Source: Chiloscyllium plagiosum
Lineage: Eukaryota
NCBI RefSeq assembly: GCF_004010195.1
Contig: NC_057719.1
Coordinates: 7,426,254 to 7,475,555 of the forward strand
DNA: 49,302 nucleotides
Direction of reading: 5' to 3'
The notes under the pieces were generated by a model, which saw only the letters and a list, made by a program, of their open reading frames with translations, was not told where the DNA came from and searched no databases. Made by a program: the position numbers and the translations under genes. Positions 37,906 through 49,302 of this stretch are shown in pieces. Within the stretch, counting starts at the first letter, position 1. Every line of letters starts with the position of its first letter.

Positions 37906-38385
37906 AAAATTAAAAACTGGTTTCACAGGATTTAGACCAACAGAATCAGATATAAAATTTTCTTCCTGTGCAAAAGTGCTGGCAATAATGTCATATTTGA
38001 TCTAAAGTTTCGTTTCATCTCCTTGCAGCTAAGGTGAGAAATTAACTTATAGGGGTGATGTAATGGAGATGCAAATATCATAATCCGTTTCGGTCAAATC
38101 ACCTCTAATACAGAAGCCACCAAGCAGAAACTTGGTTATTCCATTACTTGCTAATAAATTGGCTAAATTGGCTAAAATAAAGTAAGAAAGAAATTACTCC
38201 TCAATTCTTCAGGAGTAATATTTTGCTGCTAATTAGCTTGAATGCTTTTTGAAGCTTTGCAAAAGCATTATTATTGTTGCGATTCTATTCCTACACTTCC
38301 TTTATCCAGACCCTTTAAACCAATTATGTATAATTTTCAACTTCTGAGACTTGTGCCTTTTCTGTAATTTATTTCATAGAAACGT

Positions 38386-38600
38386 AAAATCAAAATTCAG
38401 GCTCCTGGAGTCAAAGTGCTGTAGAAACCCAGTACATCTGGCAGCATCTGTGGACAGAAAGAAGCAGATTTAACATTTCGAGTCCAGTTGACACCTTCAG
38501 AATGATATTTCTGTCTCCACAGATGTTGCCAGACTTGCTGATATTATCTAGTAATTTCTGTTTGTATTTCATATTTCCATCATCCACTGTATTTTGCTTT
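38386..38600. mobile_element. Older palindromic PLE-terminus-like element
   Basis: tctggcagcatctgtggacag / ctgtctccacagatgttgccaga inverted arms. Confidence 0.6.
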
Positions 38601-39937
38601 TAATAATGTTCCGAGAGCTCTTGCTAAGAAATCACATTGTTCATTGATATTATTAAATGTCTTGGATTTCAATCGCTATTTTTGCCCATGTTTGACCTAA
38701 AAAAAGTTCTAGTTACTGGTTTCACAATTAATCAAGTGCAAGGAGTTGAAAGATTGATATGTTTCTATTATGGAAGTAATTTCACAGTTTTAAAATGTTA
38801 AACAGGTGAGTGTTATTTGAGAGTTAATTTTCCTGCTTGAGATGAGTAGCCCAATCATGCACGCACTTACTCACAGCACAGGCCAGTAACTATTTGTACT
38901 ATCATATAAGAATTTATAGGTGATATAGGATAATCATTTTGTGGGTAAAAGTCACAATTTTCCTGCAATCTACTACTTCTAATGAATCAATTTGATGGTT
39001 TCACATTATTTATATCATGTGCTTTCATGAATTAGAATACCAATAAAGGAAACATTTGAGGCTTGCAAAAAATGCCTTTATTGTCAGCATGCATTACATA
39101 AAATCTATCAGAGAATTCCATGTACTATTGAAGATCCAAAGGAACTGTCAGTTTGCTTTTGAACAGAACTATTGAAGTTGTTAATCTCCTGATCAAAGAC
39201 AGCTCCTAACAACCCTCTCATCTTGTATGTCCTCCTGCTTTAAAGTTAAAAGAAAGCCGTATCTAGTTAGATCTAGCCTGATCCACTCTGGATGAATATG
39301 ATATTTTTACACATTTTAATTCTTTAAATTTTCTCTTTTTGTAAGAGAACACTTTCTCTGTCATGGCTTCACAGTGAAAACTGTTGCTGAGGAGTGGTCA
39401 ACAGATGTGAAACATATCTTTTACTAACTCTATGTCAAATAGTGAATGTTTCAAGTTGAGCATGACATATGCAATACCCAGTTTTCCTTTTGGGTGTATC
39501 TACTATCTCTTTCTTTGTGCTTCTAATGTAAATGAAAACTTATTCAAGTGTAACATTTTCAAAGCATGGAAACTAGGGTAGGACTAAAATCTGAATGATT
39601 GTTTATTGCAGGTGTTATGACTGTGACAGGAGAAATGTGCTGAAAATCAAACCCCATCACTCCACTCATCATACCGTTAGTATAACTATATTGATACATT
39701 AACCAAAATTACCTCTGCTTCTCTTTTATACAGCAATCCAGAATAAAAGAAACATTTACCAGCTTCTTTCATAAGCTCAAATATTCCCTGTTTATTATAA
39801 ACAAAATTTATTCTTAATGCACGCAACAAAGGTGGACCAATATCTAGCTTCGATCTGAAATTAAGATTAATCCCAGGAACAGAAACATACTCTCAATAAG
39901 TTTTTGTAGGGATGATTTTTCTTAAATAGAAAGCAGA

Positions 39938-40349
39938 ATAGACAATAGACAATAGGTGCAGGAGTAGGCCATTCTGACCTTCGAGCCTGCACCACCATCC
40001 AATATGATCATGGCTGATCATGCTTAATCAGTATCCTGTTCCTGCCTTATCTCCATAACCCTTGATTCCACTATCCTTGAGAGCTCTATCCAATTCTTTC
40101 TTAAATGAATCCAGAGACTGGGCCTCCACTGCCTTCTGGGGCAGAGCAGTCCACACAGCCACCACTCTCTGGGTGAAAAAGTTTCTCCTCATCTCTGTCC
40201 TAAATGGTCTACCCTGTATTTTTAAGCTGTGTCCTCTGGTTCGGCACTCGCCCATCAGCAGAAACATGTTCCCTGCCTCCAGAGTGTCCGATCCTTTAAT
40301 AATCTTATATGTCTCAATCAGATCCCCTCTCAGTCTTCTAAACTCAAGG
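39938..40349 (-). mobile_element. CR1 3' end, same subfamily as 1-185
   Basis: atagacaatagacaatag tail; RTRGHSLKIQGRPFRTEMRRNFFTQRVV. Confidence 0.92.
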
Positions 40350-40644
40350 GTATTTTCACAGAAGTGAAAAAACAGTCCCTATTGGCCAAGGAAACAAAGT
40401 TTAGAAGGTGAACTCTTTTTTCATGTCTAATGTACTTCTGGTTGACTAATTTGGACCAATTGATTGAAGTATGTTTTCTTTTGATGAAATTGAATTGTGG
40501 ACAACTATAGACCAATTAGTAGAAATTCATTCTGGTTGGAATTAACTTGGATTGCAGTCTTTGGGAATTGATCTCAGCCCCCCTCTGCAGATTTTCAAAG
40601 GTAGTGAGAAATAATGGTATTTGTAATATTTTTTAGTTTCCTGG

Positions 40645-40930
40645 GAGCTTTTGGGGGCTAAAGGGATCAAAGGGTATGGAGAGAAATCAGAAACAGGGTA
40701 TTGAGTTGGATGATCAGCCACGATCATATTGAATGATGCAATGGGCTCAAAAGGCCATGATTTGGAGATGCTGGTGTTGGACTGGGGTGTACAAAGTTAA
40801 AAATCACACAACTCCAGGTTATCAGGTTATAATCCAACAGGTTTAATTGGAAGCACTAGCTTTCGGAGCACCGCTCCTTCATCAGGCTCCTTCAAAGGCC
40901 AAGTGGCCTACTCCTGTTCCTGTTTCTTAT
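40645..40930 (+). mobile_element. CR1 tail interrupted by a third-family PLE fragment (40758-40893)
   Basis: Direct repeat aaaggcca flanks the insert, which carries an HHR on the - strand. Confidence 0.75.
40856..40886 (-). ncRNA. Minimal hammerhead ribozyme motif
   Basis: C-CTGATGA-A-GGAGC-GGT-GCTCC-GAA-AGCT-A-G; palindromic AGCU stem III. Confidence 0.65.
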
Positions 40931-41210
40931 ATTGCTACTTGAGGATAGGATTTCAAGAGAGAGATGTGAAGCTTCACAGATACTGTCTTTGCTGACTCCC
41001 TTGAACTGTAACACAGACCCTTAAGTCCAGAAAGGGTTGTGAGGCAACCATATGCAGAGAGGCCCTTCACTTAGGTTTTTCAATAATTTAGTACATCTCT
41101 TAGCTTCTTGAAAGCTTTGGCTGTTCACTCCAAGTGCCTTGATGTTTTCTGTAAATATCAGGTGCTTTACACCACACATTAAACTATGGACTGAACGCCA
41201 AAAAAAAAGA

Positions 41211-41725
41211 AACATAGAAATAGAAGCCGGAGTAGGCCATTTAGCCCTTAGAGCCTAGGACTGTCCTGCCATTCCAAGTATAAGCCCAGTAAAACATTCC
41301 TACTGCTGAGCTCAAATTGTCTTGCAATGAAGACCAATACATCATTTGCCTTCCTAATTGTTAGATGCACCTGCTCATTTAATTTCATCAACTGGTGTAC
41401 AAGGACACCCAGATCCCTTTGGACAATGACACTTACCAGTGTCTGACTATTTAAATAATGCTCTTCCTTTCTATTTATCTCATGAAAGTGTATAACTGCA
41501 CACTTAGCTATGTTGTACTTCATTTTCCACATGTTTCCCAAATCACTAACCTTGTCCAAATCACCTTGAAGCCTCCCTGCATACTCCTCACAATTAAATC
41601 TCACCATGTTAGCTATTGTCAGCAAGCTTGGAACTGTTTCACTTGGTTCTCTCATTTATACATATCATGAATAGCTGGGCCAAATGCTGATCCTTGCAAT
41701 ACCCCATTGGTCACTGCCTGCCACT
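41211..41725 (-). mobile_element. CR1 fragment
   Basis: LQGDLDKVSDLGNMWKMKYNIAKCAVIHF...QRDLGVLVH. Confidence 0.85.
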
Positions 41726-42628
41726 TGTGATAATGCTGTGGTTGTAAGAGGTTATTTGGTCTTTTTTTGTTTGAGGAGAGGTTGTAAGGCAGCAGCGTTG
41801 AGCAGTCTGGGATAAGGTAAACAACTTGGGAGGCCTCTGTTTTTTTTAATAGCCTGAATGGGTGTGATCAGCTCTCACAGATGAGGAATCTGGGTTTTAG
41901 TTTTTCAGTAGTATCAAAAGCTGCTGGGTTCTCAACTGATTTGGAGGCTTCAGTGAAAGTCCCCTAGCTGCTTGTCTTTCTGAATTTTCTCTTGATGGTT
42001 TTACCTCCTGGATTGGAGAACTGCATGTGAGAACCTGACTCTGAATTTGCCTTTTTTGCCAAGGGGTGTGTTTATGGGATTGTTACTGTATTGTAATAGC
42101 GAAAACAAAAGACACTAACACCCACCACTCACCACTTTTGAGTCCAATAATCCTAAACCCCAACTGGAATCAAAGATTAGTAATTTTACTGGATCTATTA
42201 TTCAGTTAAATTTTCCAATAGAGTTAAGCTATTCTAAATTCCTCTTTCTTTTGTTTGTACTTTAACTATAGTACTTAAATAAATTGTTTTTGCTTAATGT
42301 CGAGTAGGTTGACCAGTCGCATTGCATCTGGAACATGGCACTTCACATTTGCCTTTAAAATAAGAAAAAGTTAGGGTCTGGGCTACCTCCTTAAAATATT
42401 TTGAGGGGGATCTGGTCTGGTCATAATTGGGGGATCTTTTTGGGATCAAAATCTTTGATTCCAGTTGGGGTTTAGGATTATTGGACTCAAAAGTGGTGAG
42501 TGGTGGGTGTTAGTGTCTTTTGTTTTCGCTATTGAATTCAGTTGGTTTAAATAGAAACTCTTTCAGTCACTAAGAGTTTCCTGGGGTAAAAGAAGTCACT
42601 GCAGGAGGTTTACAGAAAGTAGGCAAGG

Positions 42629-42820
42629 AGAAAGTGAGACTGCAGATGCTGAAGATCAGAGCTGAAAATGTGTTGCTGGAAAAGCGCAGCAGGTCAGGCA
42701 GCATCAAAGGAGCAGGAGAATCGACGTTTCGGGCATGAGCCCTTCTTCAGGCCCGAAACGTCGATTCTCCTGCTCCTTGGATGCTGCCTGACCTGCTGCG
42801 CTTTTCCAGCAACACATTTT
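42629..42820. mobile_element. Young Penelope fold-back insertion
   Basis: 16-bp TSD cagaaagtaggcaagg; 73-bp arms with 1 mismatch; intact - strand HHR ctgaaga-agggc-tcat-gccc-gaaacgtcga at 42721-42751. Confidence 0.9.
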
Positions 42821-43165
42821 CAGAAAGTAGGCAAGGCAAAGCTGTTGAAATTTGCAACCGGCTGCAGTTGGAATTGCCTTTGCCTCTGCGAAAAGGGGAG
42901 GTAATGGCAGCAGTAGTTCGATGTTTATGATTGCCGGAAATGCCATCAGAATCTTTAGAAATGGCTAAAATTCAATTGCAAATGAAGCTGCTTGAACATG
43001 AAAAGGTAATGAAACAGTTTGAATTATGGTTAAAAGCAGAGGCAAAGAATAGCCCCAGCATAGGAAAAAGAAAAGGAGAGGAAGGCCCCAGCAGAAGAAA
43101 AACAGGAAGAGATAGAAAAGTAGAAAGAGAGTTTGATTTTCAGAAATTGGCAATTACAGAGGAAA

Positions 43166-43323
43166 AAACAATGACTGCAGATGCTGGAAACCAGATTCTG
43201 GATCAGTGGTGCTGGAAGAGCACAGCAATTCAGCCTGATGAAGGGCTTTTGCCCGAAACGTCGATTTTGCTGCTCGTCGGATGCTGCCTGAATTGCTGTG
43301 CTCTTCCAGCACCACTGATCCAG
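43166..43323. mobile_element. Penelope fold-back insertion with HHR core (43234-43264, +)
   Basis: TSD aatta(c/g)agaggaaa; ctgatga-agggc-tttt-gccc-gaaacgtcga. Confidence 0.85.
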
Positions 43324-44795
43324 AATTAGAGAGGAAAGTCAACTTAAAAGGGTGGAGGTGAAGGTAGAGGTAGACTTAGAGAGAAGGATAGTGAAGACAA
43401 GCAAACCCATCGAAGTCAAAGGCCTGGGGGGAGCTGTTTAAATAGGTCCAAGCATTGTCTAAATTTGAAGAGAAGAATGTAGAAGCCTTTTTTTCATTTT
43501 GTGTGAGAAAGTGACCAAACAAATGAAATGGCAGGGACCATGTGGATATTGTTGATCCAAACAAAATTGGTCGGTAGAGATAGTGAGGTATTTGCATCAC
43601 TATCAGAGGAGGTATGTGGGAAGTATGAGGTGAAAAACACCATCTTAAGTGCCTACATACAAGGTTTCAGGAATGTAAGGAGGGACCCTCGTCAAAATAT
43701 ATTGAGTTTGAAAGGATCAAACAAAGTGATTTTGATAGGTGGATAAGGCATTGAAAATGATCAAACATGATGTTCTTAGAGAGACAGTTACTTTGGAGGA
43801 GTTCAAAACTTCACTTCCTGAAGTAGTGAGAACTCATGTGGAAGAGCAAAGAGATTAAACTGCAAGATTAGCAGTGGAAATGGCTGATGACTATGAATTG
43901 GTTCATAAATCAATATTTGGCTTCCAACATCAATTTCAATCTGTGAGGGAAAAGAGAGGTCCTCAGGTGGTAAGGAAAAGGACATCTCATTGAAGATAGT
44001 AAAGATAGTTTACCACAGGGTAAACAGGAAACCCATGAGGGGGAAAGAGAAATAAAAAATCTCAGGTGTTATCACTGCAATAAACTTGGCCACATGTAGT
44101 TGCAGTATTGGCAGTTTAGAATAAGCACTGGGAAGACTGATGTGGTAAAACAAAATAAATCAATGAGTTTTGTTGAAGCACAGTAGAAGCTAAAAAGCTG
44201 CACCAGAATGTACAATCTGGTCAGGGATTGGTTGCGAAGAAAGTGTCATATTTCCTCAAACCATTCACTTGTAAGGATAGGTTTACTTGCATATGCCAGT
44301 AAGAGCGGATAAAGAAATTACAATTTTAACAGCTATGTAAGCACATCAATCTTCGATGGTGAGAGGTGAGGAGATATGTAATTCAGAAGGAGTATTGCCA
44401 GAAAAAGTGATATTATGTGGAATTCACAGTGAGACGAGGAGTGCTCCATTATATACAGTGAAGTTGAAGAGTCCGGTGAAAAGTGGGGAAGTGGTGGTAG
44501 GAATATTGTAGAAACTCTCAGCTCCAGGAATACAATTTGTCTTTGGTAATGATATGGCTGGATGACACATAGGAGTGAAGCCTACTGTGGTTGAAAAGCC
44601 AGTGGAAATCAAGCAACTGAGGTATAACAGGAAGTATATCCTGGGATTTTTCCTGACTGTGTGATAACAAGATCACAAGGCCACCGATTGAAGCAAGAGG
44701 AGAAACCAAGAATAGAGATAAGGAAGTTAAGTTCAATTTATCAGAAATTTTGTTTGATCAAATGGTTGAGAAAAAAACAAGAACAGGTGGAGGAC

Positions 44796-45820
44796 TGATC
44801 ATGTTCTATCCCACTTTCCTGTCATTTTCCCCATAATCCTTCATTCCCTTACTGGGGGAATATCTATCTCGGCCTTGAATATTCTTAATGTACCAACCTC
44901 AACAGAGGAAATTCCTCCTCATCTTGTCTTAAATGTGCTGTATATATCTCTTCTAAGAACCTTGTATGTTTCAGTGAGGTCAACTCTCGTTCTTCCATAT
45001 TCCATATTCCAATAAGTTTAGGCTTAACATACTCAACTTGTCCTCATAAGATAGTCCCTCCATACCTGATATCAACCTGGTGAACCTTCTCTGGACTGCT
45101 CCAATGCCAATATATCTTTCCTTAAAAATGGGCCCTAAACGGTTTATAGTACTCCAGCTATGTTCTAACGATTGCCTCATACAATTTTAGCAAAGCCTCC
45201 CTTTTATATTCAATTCCTTTTGAAATTAAGGCCAGCCAGCAACACCCACATCCCACAATGAATATTAGAAAAATTCCATTTGCCTTTCCTATTACCCACT
45301 GAATTTGATACTAGCTTTTTGTGATTCATGGACAAGGATTCCCAAATCCCTCTGTTCTGCAACATTTTGCAATCTTTCTCCATATAAATAATATTCAACT
45401 CCTCTCTTCTTCCTGCCATAAGTACACAATTCCCCACATTATATTCCACTGCCCTGGAAGTCTTCAACATTGACTCTAAACCCTATGAAGTCTCATGGCT
45501 TCAGTTAAACATGAGCAAGGAAACCTCCTGCTAATAACCACATACCATCCCCCCTAGATAAGAATATAAGAACTAGGAGCAGGAATAGGCCCTTTGAGCC
45601 TGCTCCCCCATTCAATAAGATCAAGGCTGATCATTTTGTGGCCTCAGCTCCACTTACCCACCCTCTCACCATAACCCTTAATTTCTTTACTGTTCAAAAA
45701 AATACATCTTAGCTTTAAAAGCATTTACTGAGGAAGCCTCAACTACTTCACTGGGCAGGGAATTCCATAGATTCACAATCCTCTGTGTGAAGAAGTTCCT
45801 TCTCAATTCGGTCCTAAATA
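44796..45820 (-). mobile_element. Cluster of CR1 fragments (plus a short + strand EN fragment at about 45450-45555)
   Basis: AVQRRFTRLISGMEGLSYEDKL; taagaatataagaa tail at 45558. Confidence 0.8.
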
Positions 45821-47975
45821 GTTATGTTGCACAACCAATGTTTTGCAGTCTGGAAAGATTCACCCTAGTTGTCAAGGTTGCACTCACCTTTCAAATTTCC
45901 AGTTTGCGAGGTTGTAGAAGCTGCTCACACCTGGATCTCATTTAGCACTCAGGATGGCTAGGCTCTGTACCTTCAAAGTTGTAGTTGCTACTAAAAAGAT
46001 GTTAGCGCATACAGCCAATAATAAAAAGTGAATGTATGTGTACAAATATGAGAACATATTCATTATTAAGTGTCACCAAAGCCATGCCAATATGCCTCTG
46101 AGGGTCTTCCTTGCCTCCCACTATGTCAGCCATGATTGAATGGCAGAGCAGACCCGAAGTGCTGAAAGGCCTAATTCTGCTCCTGTATCTTGTAGCCTTA
46201 TATTTAGGTGCAACCCTGAGCTCCGCAGCTGGGGTGGAGGGGGTGCTGTCCTTAATGTGGAGCTTTTAGCCTTGGAACTTTTGTCGGGTGTCTCTGAGGG
46301 CATTTGTGCTGGTGGGCCAGACATGCTGAGTGTATCCTGCCCTGAGGCAGGGGCACCAGCCTTAGATTGAGCTCCAACAAAGCTAAAGGTGGACAGCAGT
46401 GATGTAAGGCCCTGTCACCTCTGGAGCGTTCAGAGAGGACATCTCTGAAGGACATATATGTGGTTCCTCCTTGTCACTGCCCTATGTTCTTTAGAGGAAG
46501 CAACACCTGAAGTGAGGTCAAAGTCACTTGTCCTCCAGTTGCTTTGCCATTGGTGCTGAACACCAATGGCTAGAGAAATGGAGTGCATATCTGTGCATAT
46601 ATCCAGCATACACTGAGTGTCCTGGACCTGACACACCAGGGCAGTCACCAAACTGTCCATGAAAGCAACCAGACACTCATGTCAGAGAGCGTATGGTGTA
46701 AACACTGTTGATACAGTCTTGAACCAGTTTGGCTACTGCCTGTGACAAGTCTTCTTGCTGCTCATTTGTGTACTTGTGCATTTGAATAAAGTTGTTAACT
46801 GTTAACATCTTGGGATCCTCTCCTACTTGGGGCTGATCAAGTGTCTGAATTCTAGTAGTCCTCTAATTACCAATAACCAGGGGCTATTCTTCATTGAGTT
46901 GTGGAAATGATGTGCTCACGAACATGTGATCCTGACTCTAATCTAGTAAAAATACTCACCAAGATGTCAGTAACTAAGATGCTGAAGGATGCAAGAGGCA
47001 GCCTTGTCAGTGCACCCGCTGAGGATCTATGGCTTCTTCCTCAGAGGTGGAGGTTTGTAGTTTTGTGAATTGCTATATCCTTGTCAGCCATACTCTGTCC
47101 TCATTAGAGAATGAAGTGTTGTAACTTATGAAAAAGATTTCCCAGAGTATCCCACCTTCTGCTTTGCCCTGAGATCCCACTTTTCTATTTTGAATTGCCC
47201 CCTTTCACTGTAATAATTCCCTCAGTAACCAAGCCCAATAAACACTATCCCAAACTTGAGCCACCAAGGACTCCATGGACTGCGCCCTGATCATCAATGT
47301 CCAACCCACCTCCGCACTCAACTGATGTCCCCATAGATCTCTGACTGACAAGCCTATAATCCCTTCACTGGTCGCAGCACCTGCAGAATTGATTGTGGTC
47401 CAATCCTTAGACTGCAAAGATATGAATCCTCAAACTCTGGGAGGACCAAATGTCTGATTATGGACAACCATTTGGACTGGAACTGGACAAGCTCCTTGAC
47501 TGAATGATGGTACCCCATTGACACCACTAAGAACTGGTCCCCTTTGACTTTCAGATGTGGACATTTGGTTGAACAACATGCAATGTGTTTGCCATAACAG
47601 CTGGCACATTCTGTAAGTGTGAAATTGATTCACAATGCTATGCAGCAAAACGATCATCTCTTGACTTTTCAGTGCTCTGAACTGTGACAGGCTGCTTGTC
47701 TTTCCCTCCGTGTTACAAAACAATGCAAACCACTGATGCTGACATCTTGTAATTTAACACTGACGAGGCTGTATGCCAATAGACAATATAAGCCACAGAG
47801 GCTGACAGCCTCCAAGTAAGTGCAAAGTGTTTGAGTTGTAAGAAATGTAGCCATAAGGTGCCTCCTGTGTAGATACACATGTTGCACAAAGCAACCTGAC
47901 AGAAGCATGGAACTTGTAAGTGTCCCAGATCTCGAAATTGAACTGGTGAAGTGTGAGTTGGTCTGAAAGTATACA

Positions 47976-48310
47976 TTAGATGAGATTTAGATTCCCTACA
48001 GTATGGAAACAAGTCCTTCGGCCAAACAAGACCACACCGACTCTCCGAAGAGTAACCCACCCAGACCCATTCCCCTACCCTATATTTATTCCTGACTAAT
48101 GCACCTGACACTATGGGCAATTTAGCATGGCCAATTCACCTGATCTGCACATCTTTGGATTGTGGGAGGAAACTGGAGCACCCGGAGGAAACCCACGCAG
48201 ACATGGAGAATTGTCAAACTCCACACAGACAGTCGCCCTAGGCGGGAATCGAACCTGGGGCCTTGGCGCTATGAGGCAGCAATGCTAACTGCTGAGTCAC
48301 TGTGCCGCCC
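47976..48310 (-). mobile_element. HE1-type V-SINE, full length
   Basis: rc gggcggcacagtgactcagcagttagcattgctgcctc...ggttcgattccc; V-domain. Confidence 0.9.
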
Positions 48311-48566
48311 CACTGCATGGTGTTGTGGCTGGTCGTTTGTCGATGCCCACGTGTATGAATGGAGGAAGAGGAGGATGGGTATACATAGAGCATGCAAGGA
48401 TATGGTGGTGAAGCCAGAGTTGGATGAATACCTAGTTGGATGAAAACTGCTGCCTCCAGGCAACCGCTCTGACTTTCATATCAGGAATAGGTATCATTTA
48501 GTTTCTTGGAGAAGGAGAAGAGTATTGGAATTGTATAGAAAGTTGGGCAAATAATGAGATCTTCTA

Positions 48567-49302
48567 GAAGAAAGTGAGGACTGCAGATGCTGGAGATCAG
48601 AGAGACACATTTCCAGCAACACATTTTCACCTATGCTGCCTGACCTGCTGCACTTTTCCAGCAACACATTTTCACCTATGCTGCCTGACCTGCTGCGATT
48701 TTCCAGCAACACATTTTCAGCGGCTGCCTGACCTGCTGCGATTTTCCAGCAATACATTTTCAGCTTGCTGTCTGACCTGCTCCGCTGTTCCAGCAATACA
48801 TTTTCAGCTATGCTGCCTGACCTGTTGCGCTTTTCCAGCAACACATTTTCACCTGTGCTGCCTGACCTGCTGCGCTTTTCCAGCAACACATTTTCACCTG
48901 TGCTGCCTGACCTGTTGCGCTTTTCCAGCAACACATTTTCACCTGTGCTGCCTGACCTGCTGTGCTTTTCCAGCAATACATTTTCAGCTATGCTGCCTGA
49001 CCTGCTGGGCTATTCCACCAACACATTTTCAGCTCCTTGGATGCTGCCTGACCTGCTGCGCTTTTCCAGCAATACATTTTCAGCTATGCTGCCTGACCTG
49101 CTGCGCTTTTCCAGCAATACATTTTCAACTTGCTGCCTGACCTGTTGCGCTTTTCCAGCAATACATTTTCAGCTATGCTGCCTGACCTGCTGCGCTTTTC
49201 CAGCAACACATTTTCAGCTCCTTGGATGCTGCCTGACCTGCTGTGCTTTTCCAGCAATACATTTTCAGCTATGCTGCCTGACCTGCTGCGCTTTTCCAGC
49301 AA
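48567..49302 (+). repeat. Penelope-terminus-derived minisatellite (~45-bp unit, about 15 copies, runs off the window)
   Basis: Unit ctatgctgcctgacctgctgcgcttttccagcaacacattttcag, preceded by the inverted PLE end agaaagtgaggactgcagatgctggagatcagag. Confidence 0.92.

Larger units (their letters stand above)
41726..44795 (+). mobile_element. Gypsy (Gmr1-like) LTR element: 5' LTR, PBS, decayed gag and protease
   Basis: LTR about 41726-42426 starting tgtga; PBS tgggggatc...gggat resembling the tRNA-Pro 3' complement; gag LLIQTKLVGRDSEVFASLSEE; zinc knuckle CYHCNKLGH at about 44068. Confidence 0.8.

Noticed and set aside
38788..38812. Possible 18-nt exon or recursive splice site (aaacag|gtgagt)
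   Set aside because: Weak pyrimidine tract and stop codons in two of three frames, including the phase compatible with the upstream exon.
48494..49302. Long repetitive ORFs (ENVLLEKRSRSGS / CCLTCCAFPATHF) and CRISPR-like periodicity
   Set aside because: The ORFs are by-products of a 45-bp unit divisible by 3. Units are head-to-tail with no unique spacers, there are no cas genes and the context is eukaryotic.

Overview
Vertebrate, almost certainly cartilaginous-fish (shark-like) genomic DNA, inferred from HE1-type V-SINEs, HER1/CR1 LINEs and shark-type Penelope repeats. It appears to be intronic sequence of a large + strand gene, with one convincing 150-bp phase-1/1 coding exon (27205-27354; gene not identified). 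Most of the window is nested, decayed transposable elements: many CR1 LINEs, a second CR1-group LINE with a tRNA-like head, Rex1/Babar, L1, L2, two Gypsy relics, a pogo/Tc2-type DNA transposon, a Tigger-like MITE, SINEs, and about a dozen short Penelope-like (PLE) insertions. No intact TE ORF is present, and nearly all listed ORFs are TE fragments or noise. The most interesting signals are: (i) minimal hammerhead ribozyme cores in three distinct PLE families; (ii) fold-back PLE mini-insertions with 11-16 bp target duplications, down to 47 bp; (iii) a ~45-bp tandem array built from the PLE terminus; (iv) a tRNA-headed, apparently ORF1-less LINE with a matching SINE; (v) several locally templated duplications or inversions. 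I see no evidence of a wholly new multi-gene system. Repeat boundaries are read by eye and approximate unless a TSD or TIR is given.
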